From Octopus vulgaris (taxonomy: Eukaryota): 64,000 nucleotides of DNA. Under the pieces are notes generated by a model, which did no database searches, was not told the DNA's origin, and was given only the letters and a program-made list of their open reading frames with translations. Position numbers and translations under genes: made by a program. Positions within the stretch are counted from its first letter, which is position 1. Each line of letters opens with the position of its first letter. Of this stretch, positions 28,271 through 40,321 are shown piece by piece. The stretch spans positions 92,504,001 through 92,568,000 of the forward strand of contig OX597821.1 of assembly GCA_951406725.2 (NCBI GenBank), read 5' to 3'.

Positions 28271-28524
28271 TATGCATAACATCCTTATTCTATTATTTGC
28301 TTCGCTCATTAGACTGCGGCCATGCTGGGGCACCACCATAAAATTCAATATGCAACGATCATTGATGGTGCTGCGTATCTAAATTTCAGTGACGGAGCTT
28401 TGGTTTCATTGTTAGAAACAAGCTCCCTACTTCTAGAAAGAATACTAATAAATGGTATACATGTAAGCACGCATACACATACATACTGTTTATCAAATTT
28501 TACTCATAAAACATTGATCAATCA

Positions 28525-28907
28525 TGTGGAAGCACTCCGTCGGTTACGACGACGAGGATTCCGGTTGATCCAATCGATGGAACAGCCTGCTCGTGAAATT
28601 AACGTGTAAGTGGCTGAGCACTCCACAGACACGTGTACCCTTAACGTAGTTCTCGGGGATATTCAGCGTGACACAGAGAGTGACAAGGCCGGCCCTTTGA
28701 AATACAGGTACAACAGAAACAGGAAGTAAGAGTGAGAGAAAGTTGTGGTGAAAGAGTACAGCAGGGATCACCACCATCCCTGCCGGAGCCTCATGGAGCT
28801 GTAGGTGTTTTCGCTCAATAAACACTCACAACGCCCGGTCTGGGAATCGAAACCGCGATCCTATGACCGCGAGTCCGCTGCCCTAACCACTGGGCCATTG
28901 CGCCTCC
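28525..28907 (-). mobile_element. SINE family A, full length, 14-bp TSD
   Basis: tRNA-like head GGAGGCGCAATGGCCCAGTGGTTAGG...GGTTTCGATTCC; TSD ACATTGATCAATCA at 28511-24 and 28908-21. Confidence 0.92.
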
Positions 28908-30035
28908 ACATTGATCAATCAATGACTATATAAAACAGAAAGACAGACAAATAGACAGACAGACTAACGGACAAACAGACAGATAAAACATAGTATCATA
29001 CATTTATACTATATGCGTATTTGTGTACATATGCATCCGTTCATAGTTTGTGTGTATACATTAGTTTATAGTTTTATTTGATAATATTCCAGTTTGATAA
29101 AGATTCCGTGTTTTATATCTTTCGATTATATGTTATCCCATTTCACTTATTTTCTTTTCGAAAGTATTTCCAATACATGGATAAATTTAAAGTAAAACTT
29201 CCAAATCATTAAAACCTATTTCAAAATATTTTGATATCAAAAAATTCTTCGGGAATTTCAAAGATAAATATTGATGTTATTGGTGAAAATGTGTAGCTAG
29301 ATGGGATACAATAGTTATTATTGTTGTTGTTTTTTTTAGTTTTTTGTTTTAACAGTCTCTTGGATTTGTAGAATCGGTACAGTCTCATCCAAAATCTCTT
29401 TCAATAATTAGGTGCGGTCTTTTGTATTCTGCGTTCAAATTCGCCAAGGACAATTTTAACTTTGATACATCTTAAAACGGATGGTCTAAAGTCTCTCTTG
29501 GTTTTACAAAGGAATCCTGCATACCACGGAATAATAAATGTTACGCGTTCACTCGTGGATATATAAGAAATGAACTTTAAAAGTAGCAGTGAGACTTTAT
29601 TGCTCCATTATGAAGTACAGTAGATTAAGTAAAACATTACAAATTCTGGTGGTTGTATAATTCATCTATTGTTTGGGTAATACAGCTCGATTCGTCGTTG
29701 GTTACATGTGCTCCGTTATGTTAAATTTATTCTGGTGAATAACGGCAGGAAAACAACATGACTCGCCTTCATGAAAATTTCTCAGCCCTCTGGATTCAAT
29801 AAAAATGCAACATGAATTTATAGAAAGAAGGTAGGCTTCAGAAAACACCGATTTGGGGAACGATTATGTGCAACGTGATTGGATTTTCGATCCAAATCTC
29901 GCTCAATACTCAACCAATCAAAACACAGGACTCAACCAATATTCAAAACTCACATGATAGATAAAGTGACCAATGATTACAGATTAAAACGCTGAGCCTA
30001 AATCAGTTTAATGTATTCAATATACCATGATAGAA

Positions 30036-30419
30036 GAAGGAAGCACTCCGTCGGTTCCGACGACGAGGGTTCCGGTTGATCCGATCAACGGAACAGCCTG
30101 CTCGTGAAATTAACGTGTAAGTGGCTGAGCACTCCACAGACACGTGTACTCTTAACGTAGTTCTCGGGGATATTCAGCGTGACACAGAGAGTGACAAGGC
30201 CGGCCTTTTGAAATACAGGTACAACAGAAACAGGAAGTAAGAGTGAGAGAAAGTTGTGGTGAAAGAGTACAGCAGGGATCACCACCATCCCCTGCCGGAG
30301 CCTCGTGGAGCTTTAGGTGTTTTCGCTCAATAAAAACTCAAAACGCCCGGTCTGGGAATCGAAACCGCAATCCTATGACCGCGAGTCCGCTGCCCTAACC
30401 ACTGGGCCATTGCATCTCC
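30036..30419 (-). mobile_element. SINE family A, 12-bp TSD
   Basis: TSD ACCATGATAGAA at 30024-35 and 30420-31. Confidence 0.92.
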
Positions 30420-30674
30420 ACCATGATAGAAATTGGTCCGCTACACATCCAATCTTTATAAAATAATCTACTTATTTATTTTCTGGAGTGGAGTTCAAGG
30501 ACTGTACTCTTCGCCCATCAAATTTGTGATCTTGGGGCTGTGTTCAAAATCACTCATTGCCAGCCTTTATCGTACGTCAGTGCAAACTTCATTAGTTTTA
30601 GTGATGCCAACGTTTTAACGTCTCAACGTCCACTTTCTCATGCTTGTATTATCAAACAGAATTGGTTGAAATAG

Positions 30675-31059
30675 GTGGAGGCGCAATGGCCCAGTGGTTA
30701 GGGCAGCGGACTCACGGTCGTAGGATCGCGGTTTCGATTCCCAGACCGGGCGTTGTGAGTGTTTATTGAGCGAAAACACCTAAAGCTCCACGAGGCTCTG
30801 GCAGGGGATGGTGGTGATCCCTGCTGTACTCTTTCACCGCAACTTTCTCTCACTCTTACTTCCTGTTTCTGTTGTACCTGTATTTCAAGGGGCCTTGTCA
30901 CTCTCTGTGTCACGCTGAATATCCCCGAGAACTACGTTAAGGGTACACGTGTCTGTGGAGTTCTCAGCCACTTACACGTTAATTTCACGAGCAGGCTGTT
31001 CCGTTGATTCGGATCAACCGGAACCCTCATCGTCGTAACTGACGGAGTGCTTCCAAAAA
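30675..31059 (+). mobile_element. SINE family A, 11-bp TSD
   Basis: TSD GGTTGAAATAG at 30664-74 and 31060-70. Confidence 0.92.
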
Positions 31060-31463
31060 GGTTGAAATAGATTTTTCTACAATAGGATAACATTTCTGTC
31101 ACCAGCCCTCATTTGTTTCCAAGCAAAGTAATATCCCCCTGGGAACGATTGGCATTGTATGATGATGACACACATTTAGCGTATGAAACTATCACGTGAT
31201 GCCAAGACAAGTTGGCTCATCCCCGCCTTGCACGTACGCACACACATCACACACACAAACTTTCACGCATATGTAACTATGTATGTTTAGTGAATAAGCA
31301 CTAAAACAATATTTGACTTTTTTTTAAATTTTAAAGCTTGTTCAAGACTGGATCATTTTTTAGCAAAAAAGGGTCCTACAAAATATGTCGGTGTGTAGCA
31401 GTGATAGAATACCTCGTAATGCAATAATAGACAACGTTCAGAAGGCTTAATAGAACATAGTAA

Positions 31464-31763
31464 TCTTTATAAAGAAAAGAGAGGTTGTGTGCTGTCTGTC
31501 TCCTACGATTTAGATTCCTAACTACTCCCACATTTTGCGGTGCAGTCTAACTAAAACCGGGTATCTTATAGTCGTGATTCATATCGAGCCCTTCTGGGTA
31601 TTAGCGCGCGTCTACGATGAGTCTACGATTTAAAAAAAAAATTACCATAATTTTTTTCATTTTAATGCATTTTTTCCCTATTATATAAGGAAAGTAACTC
31701 TCTAAAAATGCTTATATAGTTATTTCCCTTACAAATCCGAGCAACGCCGGGCGATACTGCTAG
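31464..31763 (+). mobile_element. Non-autonomous Helitron
   Basis: A|TC 5' end, subterminal GC hairpin CCGAGCAACGCCGG, CTAG|T 3' end, no TSD; longer copy at 60139-60648(-). Confidence 0.85.
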
Positions 31764-32236
31764 TTTATCATAAGAGCAAATGACGATAGCATTAAATCAA
31801 GGCTTGCTTGCAGCATACAGTGTATAACATTCAGAGGTATGGTATAACAGTGTCCTAAGTGAACAAAAGAATAATTCGAGCTGCTTCTTATAGGGTCACA
31901 AATCCAGAAGAAGGTGTATGCTGCATAATAAACATGTAACGCCTACTGTTACTGTATAATGTAAAATGTGAACTGGATAAATGTTCGAACAGCCCCAAAA
32001 TAATTATTAAGTTTTAAATTGTTTTTCGATTAGGTATTTTCCACGTAAGGTTTAGTTGAGACAGAAACATGACAATATGTCTTTCTCGTTTGGATGCCTG
32101 GCTCGAACTGACTAAGAATTTCCTGCGACTTAGTGACAGGCGGCAACGTGCATTTATTTGTGATGACACACAGTTTAGCGTATGAAACTATCACGGATAA
32201 CAGATGCCAAGACAAGTGCCCCTACATATACATGTG

Positions 32237-32286
<50 letters not shown>

Positions 32287-32287
32287 C

Positions 32288-32349
<62 letters not shown>

Positions 32350-32366
32350 GTCTATCTATCTATCTA

Positions 32367-32423
<57 letters not shown>

Positions 32424-32430
<7 letters not shown>

Positions 32431-33459
32431 TAAACAGTAAAAATAATTACAGACATGGACAAGAACATGAAACACCACAGAGACGACACAAGAACCACAG
32501 GACGGGACATTCGAAGCCCTCAGTCATTAGTCAAGAACCAGATCATCTTAGCAATTTCGGCTGATTAATCTTGAGATTGCTCCGATATGGGCAGCCCGCC
32601 AAGGGAAATCTAAGCCAAGCGCATTAGATCCCCTGGAAGAAAGCTTCGAATGTATACAACACGAGGACGGAAAACGAACGAAGTACACGAACAAAAATAC
32701 AGAATACGTGACACCAATAAGAATACAAAAACGTAAAAACAATAACGGTAAAAATAAAAAATAAACAACAAAACAAAACCAGGACGTAGGACAAGGGTCT
32801 TTCGACAGGACGAGTTGAGTATGGGGCTGGCTTATGAAGTTGTGCCTAATGGCCGCAGGGAGACGAACAAATACGTGTTGCTTCGGCGACTGCTGGAACG
32901 AAAAGAGCGCTCAACAGCGGCTAGCGGTCACGTGAGAACAAAAGACAGGAGAAAGGGACAGATGAAAAGAGAGAGAAGGTGGACGAGGGAGGAGAAGAAA
33001 GAGACAGATCGAGGGGGCTGGAGGTGAGAGAGATAGAGAAACGTAGAAGGGGGGGGGAAGACGGATGGAGAGGGAAAGAAAGGAAGGGGAATAAGGGAGG
33101 AGAGAGAGAGAGAGAAAGAGACAGATTAAGAGTCGTATCAATGCTAGAGAAAAAATATACTTATCGTATAAGGACAATTGTGGATACGTAGCCGCCGATT
33201 ATATAGGTAAACAGTAAAAATAATTACAGACATGGACAAGAACATGAAACACCACAGAGACGACACAAGAACCACAGGACGGGACATTCGAAGCCCTCAG
33301 TCATCAGTCAAGAACCAGATCATCTTAGCAATTTCGGCTGATTAATCTTGAGATTGCTCCGATATGGGCAGCCCGCCAAGGGAAATCTAAGCCAAGCGCA
33401 TTAGATCCCCTGGAAGAAAGCTTCGAATGTATACAACACGAGGACGGAAAACGAACGAA

Positions 33460-33462
<3 letters not shown>
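32424..33462 (-). mobile_element. Retrozyme-like non-coding element (family P1): ~260-bp direct repeats 777 bp apart, flanked by (TA)n
   Basis: 32424-32685 and 33201-33462 are nearly identical; no TG..CA ends and no coding capacity; each repeat holds the permuted hammerhead-like motif. Confidence 0.85.
33301..33373 (-). ncRNA. Candidate permuted/pseudoknotted hammerhead ribozyme (intact core)
   Basis: Minus strand: ggctg-c-ccatatc-gg-agcaaTC-tcaaga-ttaat-cagcc-GAAA-ttgct-aagat-gatctgg-t-tcttga-CTGATGA. Confidence 0.6.
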
Positions 33463-33509
<47 letters not shown>

Positions 33510-33514
<5 letters not shown>

Positions 33515-33868
33515 ATCCGTTCTGTCTGTGTGTGTGTCTTCTAGGATCTCGGGCATCCTCCATCCGATTGCGCTCAAATTTGATATGTAGATACCGAAGG
33601 TATCAGGGCGTGTATAAGTTTTGAAAAAATTACAAAAATTTATTCCAGGTGAGAATGCGATCGATAAAGCCGTGGGAACGTGCATTTGTACGCGCAAGTA
33701 CATCAGCTGTTGCGATCGATACTACGCCTACGTGAGAAAAATGCACGTGCAGTTTGCGCAAAAAAAGCCGGCTGGCTTGAAATAATGCCACAAAATGGAA
33801 CGGTCGGACAATTCGGTTTAAATGTTTGACAACTCAGCAGCGTCCATTGGACGGGGGGCATTTTGCTC

Positions 33869-33870
<2 letters not shown>
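33510..33870 (+). mobile_element. Non-autonomous Helitron/DINE-1-like element in (TA)n
   Basis: Homologous to 10393-10926; 3' hairpin CGTCCATTGGACG followed by ...GCTCGT. Confidence 0.65.
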
Positions 33871-33930
<60 letters not shown>

Positions 33931-33934
<4 letters not shown>

Positions 33935-34286
33935 ATTATTATATTTCGGAATGGTCATTTTGCCAGTTTAGCCAATAAAAACACACGCACTATATATTTG
34001 GTGTTACTTTGCTTCAGTGTTATTTATTTTTTACATTAATCTTAATCTTATTTCGGCCAGAGTTCTTTCGTCACACTCCTGTGACCGCATCAATGGTCCC
34101 TTGTTTTCTTCTTTCTTATTAGTGTCTCTCCTTACTAACCGTCAGCCATTTTGTATTTCTATTGTATGTCTTCTTTTGAGCATGCTTATATCTCTATGTG
34201 CGTGTGTTTTTATTTGGCTAAACTGGCAAAATGACCATTCCGAAATATAATAATATCTGTTTCAACACACGACTTCACATAAAAAA
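33931..34286 (-). mobile_element. Fold-back PLE-like element (family H2), ~55-bp inverted ends, HHR-like motif at 34055-34099
   Basis: 33935-33990 is the inverse of 34197-34255; same family as 48277-49322. Confidence 0.75.
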
Positions 34287-34785
34287 TCTTGCACAACAAA
34301 TATATAAACGTATGTATATATATATATATACATACACGTGTGTGTCTATGTGTGTGCGTATGCTTACGTTTTCGTGGATGCTTGTATGAGCGAGTGCACA
34401 CACGCCAGGCAGCTTGCGATGGGGACGTTTATGCACCCATATTTGTGAATGGTTATTTTAGATATTTTTCTCATGGTATTGCGGGTTCGTTTCTTTTTTT
34501 CCATCTGTGATTTTTACTTTTGATCTTCTATGTAAATGAAGATATTTCCTTCGTTTTGCTGCTTTCCTTTCTACGAAATGAGAAGATACATTGCGGAACT
34601 GTTATTTTAATAAGTTATGTCTATATATCATCCGATGAGACACATCTGCGCCGCTTGATGCCCCTGAACCAATCGTTGAGTGTCTTCCCCCACATGGCGG
34701 GTCGAAGCTAGATTTATTGGCACAATAGTCGTGATTAATAATAAATTCTGGTATATTCCATATTCTGTCTTTCATTTGCAATATA

Positions 34786-35346
34786 TAAGGTTATTCAAAA
34801 AGAAAGAGCAGCTTTTTAATTTATTTTAAAATCAAACGGTAAGAAACACAAACATATTCTACATATTTCTTGATAGGAGAAGGTTTATAGTTTATTTTAA
34901 GGTAGTATACGCTCAACATGAGCACCGTGTGTTGCTCGACAAACATCGAAAGATCGAAACCTTTTTCTGTAAAATTTTTATGCCATTCATAAATTTGCTT
35001 GTGATGAGGTGGATTTTTATTAAATTGGCGGCGAAATTCACGTTGCACTTGCAAAATCTATTCGCATTTCTCAAACTGCAGCACACAAAAAGACTTTTCT
35101 TGTGGCGTCGCCATTTTCTGAGGGATTACACAAAGGGAAATTATACTACTTTAAATAAAATGAACAAAATGAAACTGTAAAATAAAATTAAAATATTATT
35201 TTATTTAAGGCCTAATTCAATTGATCATGTTCAGCTATAAACTATAAGTCTTCCTCTATCAAGAAATATGTAAAATGTGTTTGTGTCTCTTGCCGTTTAT
35301 TTCTAAAATAAATTTGAAATCTGCTCTTTCTTTTCGAATAACCCTG
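34786..35346 (-). mobile_element. Internally deleted mariner-like element (DUF4817-type HTH, DD41D-like)
   Basis: TIRs (T)AAGGTTATTCAAAAAGAAAGAGCAG / CTGCTCTTTCTTTTCGAATAACCCTG with TA flanks; minus strand MATPQEKSFCVLQFEKCE*ILQVQREFRRQFNKNPPHHKQIYEWHKNFTEKG. Confidence 0.8.
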
Positions 35347-36640
35347 TATACACACACACACACACATACACATACACACACATACACACATACATATATG
35401 CAGCGTGAGAGAGACATCTGCATATCATACTTAATGCACATTCTCTATATCATTTTACACATAATTCTTATCGAAGGTGACAGTCACTGGTCTAGTAATT
35501 CTTGTAAACTTCACATCCACACCAATAATGATTTGCTGTTTAACATTTTCAGGGTCAGCAACATAGGTATCATGATATATTATAAGTATGATGGAGTGCT
35601 CTTGTTAAAATGTTTCAACAGTTGTTCTCACAAAAATAGAAAACATTTATTCCTTTCAACAATTTTGTGACCTCAGTAGATTTTGAGATCCTAAATTATA
35701 GCTTGTCTAACTTATATCTAGATTTGGCACTGTTTATATTTTGAAAAGTAAATACCAGTGTCGACTTGAAAAGCTAAAACTCTTTACGATGGTGTCCCAA
35801 CATGGCTGTAGTCCAATGACTGAAACAAGTAAAATAATATAAACATAAGTTTCTCGCAAGAAAATGAAGAAGTTGGCAGCATGGAAGGTGGGAGAGGGGA
35901 TTAATAATGTGAATAGAACAAGACAGAAATATTATGTGTAGAAATTCTTTTAAAAATTCCAGCTCATTAGTTTAACAGTTAAGACAGGAAGAAACTGCCA
36001 ATAAATAAATCGTGTGACCCAACCGATTGGCTGTCAAAGAATTTTATTCTTTTGTCAGTGACCAGCTGTTGCTCTCTGTTGGAGAAACTTAGAACAACAA
36101 GCAAAGAAAACTTACACATATAAACATGTATACATACATACGTCCACATACATATACATACGCATATATAACATCTACACATACACCGAGATCAATATGT
36201 ATTTTATCCTATTCAGATGTTTGAAAACTAAATTATTTAGACCTTTCAAAATTAGTGGTATTCATCAATGGGAGATTACCATGTTAACTTTGAAGGTAGA
36301 AGAAAGTTGAGGTAGTAGCATTCATCACTTACTTTATGTTTCACTTTACTCTGCTGTTTTACCCTCTGAGTTCAAATCCCATTGAGGTCAACTTTTACTT
36401 CCACCCTTCTTGGATCGATAAAATAAGGTAACAATCCTGTACTGCGATCGATGGTATCATTTAACTTTACCTTTCAGAACTGCTGGCCTTGTGCAGAAAT
36501 CAAAATCAATGATTTAGGGCGATGGACTAGCAAATTCTTTATACGTTGGAAAAAGTGCTTAGCGGTATTTGTTCCGGTATTTCACATTCTAAATTCAAAT
36601 ATAAACCTTCCGAATAGCATTAACTTCAAAAGTCAAATAT

Positions 36641-36871
36641 ATATTTCTTTATTGCCCACAAGGGGTTAAACATAAAGGGGACAAACAAGGACAGACAAAG
36701 GGATTAAGTCGATTACATCGATCCCAGTGCGTAACTGGTACTTAATTTATCGACCCCGAAAGGATGAAAGGCAAAGTCGACTTCGGCGGAATTTGAACTC
36801 ACGACGTAACGACAGACGAAATACGGCTACGCATTTCGCCCGGCCTGCTAACGTTTCTGCCAGCTCGCCGC
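36641..36871 (-). mobile_element. SINE family C
   Basis: Reverse complement of the family C consensus seen at 50879. Confidence 0.85.
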
Positions 36872-37115
36872 ATAGATATGCTTCCTTATATTCTCACTGT
36901 GTGTCAAGCTAAGAGTCACACCATGTTTTCACATTTTATTCTGTTATAGCCTCCATAAGGATACACACACACACACATATATATATATATACATATAAAA
37001 ACAGATGAGTGGTACAACAAGGCACCAATATTTACTGGAAAATAGCAATCGATACAAATACGACGCTATTGTAAAGCTTCACTGCGTATATACTGGCAAA
37101 GACGTGTGTGTGCAA

Positions 37116-37380
37116 CATCATCATCATCATCATTATCATCGTTTAACGTCCGTTCTCCATGCTAGCATGGGTTGGACAGTTCGACCGGGGATCTGGGAAG
37201 CCAGAAGGCTGCACCAGGCTCCAGTCTGATCTGGCAGTGTTTCTACAGCTGGATGCCCTTCATAACGCCAACCACTCCGTGAGTGTAGTGGGTGCTTCTT
37301 ACGTGCCACCCGCACAGGTGCCAGGCGAGGCTGGCAACGGCCACGATCGGATTGGTGCTTTTTACGCGTCACCGGCACGG
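37116..37380 (-). mobile_element. Retroposon 3' part with an RTE-like (GAT)n tail
   Basis: Minus strand ends CCATGCTAGCATGGAGAACGGACGTTAAACGATGAT...; short tail fragment also at 15143-15179. Confidence 0.65.
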
Positions 37381-37560
37381 ATAAGCATGAAAAAATTGTC
37401 TTACCTCTAGGAAGAACATTCGATAAATAGACAACCCAGAATAAGGTAACAATCCTGTACTGCGTTCGATGGTATCATTTAACTTTACCTTTCAAAACTG
37501 CTGGCCTTGTGCAGAAACCAGAATCAATGATTTAGGGCGATGGACTGGCAAATTCTTTAT

Positions 37561-38200
37561 ATTAGAGGAATATGACAACAAAAACCAAGGCAGGATGAGT
37601 ACCTTAGGTCATTTATAATATTTGATTTGAGTAAGTTGAATTTGAAGTAATTAATTAATTAGTAAATAAATAAATTAATTATTATTGGAAGTCTTACAGC
37701 CGTTTCTGAGATATCCCAAGTGATAGGTTAGCATCTCCATACACTGTGTATTCCGACATCAGAGACAAGGTGAGTATGTATGAAAGTTCTAGACAGAGAA
37801 TTCACAGTTTATAAAGGAATAAAATAGTAGATAGAAGAATAAAGAGCAAACAGTAGATAGAAGAATACAGACCAGAGAATAGAGTTCACAGCTCATATTC
37901 TTCCAGAGGGTATGGAGGTTGGTCCGTACTTCCGTGAAGGTATAGATCTTTAAATATAATCCCAGGTAAATCTTGGCAGTATTAATTTACTAGAACTTTT
38001 ATACATACTGACCTTGTCTCTGATGATGGAATACCCAGTAAATGGAGATGCTTACCTATCACTTGAGATATCCCAGAAACGGCTGCAAGACTTCCAATAA
38101 TTAATTAATTACTTCGAATTCACCTTACTCTAATTAAATATTCTAAATGACTTGTAATACTTGTCCTGCCTTGGTTTTTGTTGTCCTTTTCCTTTAATAT
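37561..38200. mobile_element. Fold-back PLE-like element with ~210-230-bp inverted arms, each containing an HHR
   Basis: 37561-37792 is approximately the inverse of 37990-38198. Confidence 0.85.
38016..38091 (+). ncRNA. Type I hammerhead, GUA>GCA in this arm (mirror copy 37691-37766 -)
   Basis: gtct-CTGATGA-tgg..cca-GAAAC-ggct-GCA-agac; the mirror copy has GTA but CTGATGT. Confidence 0.75.
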
Positions 38201-38372
38201 ATACCTGCTAACTCAAAAGCCTACTACGGATTCTTCACTTCAGCCTCAGCTGTGAACGGGTGACCAATTATAGCAATTAGACAGCGTACCTATTCGTTTA
38301 GATCACCAGTGAACAAAACCCCTCACATTCTATATATATATACATTCTTACATACACGCACACACATACATA

Positions 38373-39644
38373 CAGGAGTTGGACAAAATACTGGAAATAC
38401 CTATCATCATAGCATCATGATATTGAAATATCTATAAAACCGTCAAAAGCTTGTTTATTTTTATGTTTTTTTTTTATCTATTATTAGTGTTGCTTAATAT
38501 GTTTTGCTAAAATTGCTCTCTCTTTTCAGATATCATCAGAAAAAGGTAATTAAGATAAATGAAGGCTCTGTCGGACTTTCAAACAGGTCAAATTGTTGGT
38601 GCTCGTATGGCAGGCGCTAGCGTAATGAAAACAAACGTAATGAACTGTTTGGTGTATCAAGAAGTACTGTCTCGAAAGTAATGACAGCCTTTGAGAAAGA
38701 GGGAAAAATCTCCTCATCGAAACAAAACTCCGGAAAAAAAACTTTCAGAAAGGAACTGTCGGAATAATACGCGAATTGTTCGAAAGGATCACAAAAGTAA
38801 AGCTCCAAAAATTACTGCAGGGCTTTATGACCATCTCGAGAACTCAGTTTCTACAAAAAAAATGTTCGCCGGGAACAGCACAAAACCGGATTTCACGAGA
38901 GGGCTGCAATCAGAAAACCACTACTTACAAAAACAAACGTTGCAAAGAGTTTAGAGTGGAATAAAAACCCACAGAATTGGTCCCTAGAGCAGTGGAAGAA
39001 TGTTATTTACTCGGACGAGTCATCCTTTAGTTTATTTCTTACTACCGGCTGAGTATACGCGTAGAGACACCCAAAAGAAGCATTTAACCCAGACTGCATT
39101 CTTCCAACTGTTAAACATGGAGGAGAATCTGTGATGATCTCGGGGGCTATATTTTGGAAGACCACTGGCCCAATGGTTTCCCTTCTTGGCAGAATTAATA
39201 GTCAAGACTATTTAAGCATTTTGTCTGATCAAATTCATCCCATGATTGCGGAACTGTTTCCGAAGGGAAACGCAGTCTTTCAGGATGATAATGCACCAAT
39301 TCACACAGCTAAAATTGTTACTGAATGGCACGAGGGACATTCTAGTGAAGTTGAACATTTTATCTGGCCACCACGGTCCCTAGATTTCAATATTATTGAA
39401 CATTTATGGTGTATTTTAGAAAAACAAGTAAGGAGTCGATATCCTTCACCATCATCACTACAAGAACTGGAGACTGTTTTAACTGATGAATGGAAAAACA
39501 TTCCTTTGGAAACAATTCAAACTTTGTACGAGTCCATATCTCGTAGAATTCAAGCTGTAATTACTTCTAAAGGCGGTCCTACCCCATATTAAAATAAATT
39601 TGTTTGAAATTTTAAGGTGTTTCCATTATTTTGTCCAACCCCTG
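38373..39644 (+). mobile_element. Near-full-length Tc1 transposon with DD36E spacing (Incomer-like); transposase 38559-39592 disrupted
   Basis: TA-flanked TIRs CAGGAGTTGGACAAAATACTGGAAATACCT / AGGTGTTTCCATTATTTTGTCCAACCCCTG; MKALSDFQTGQIVGARMAGAS, YSDESSF, FQDDNAPIH and DFNIIEHLW; 36 residues between the second D and E; frameshifts and stops present. Confidence 0.92.
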
Positions 39645-39751
39645 TATATATATATATATATACAAAGAGACAGAGAGACAGATAGAGATGGATGGATATA
39701 TATATATATACATACACACACACACACATGCATATACATATATATATATAT

Positions 39752-40029
<278 letters not shown>

Positions 40030-40198
40030 GTGTGAGTTAGAGGTTGAGAAACCAAGTAAGGGGTAGTACTTACATCCTCATGCTTGTTCTTATTCTTAGC
40101 CCTATTCTTTTTCTACTCTATTTTTTAAAATGACAAACACACTGTAGCTATTATTAACTGTTTTAACATGTATTAATCCCCGCCACAACCACTTGGAC

Positions 40199-40321
40199 CC
40201 TCTGAAGAAGCCTAAAGGCACATTCATTATCCAAGCCTTACCTGCTCATCCCTACATAACACTGAAGAGATGGAAATAACCTGGAATATTTCGTTGCCTC
40301 TTAGCAGAAACGGCCGTAAGG
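40199..40321 (+). ncRNA. Type I hammerhead with long stem II, inside a ~570-bp PLE-like segment (~40030-40600)
   Basis: cct-CTGAAGA-agcctaaaggca...tgcctcttagca-GAAAC-ggcc-GTA-agg; palindromic stem III ACGGCCGT. Confidence 0.75.

Noticed and set aside
30675-30750. tRNA-like heads of SINE families A-C
   Set aside because: No complete cloverleaf; attached to SINE bodies with TSDs, so not tRNA genes.
34632-34711. CCGATGA-gac…gtc-GAAG-ctag, a possible decayed HHR
   Set aside because: Several core mismatches, and no convincing stem I or NUH.
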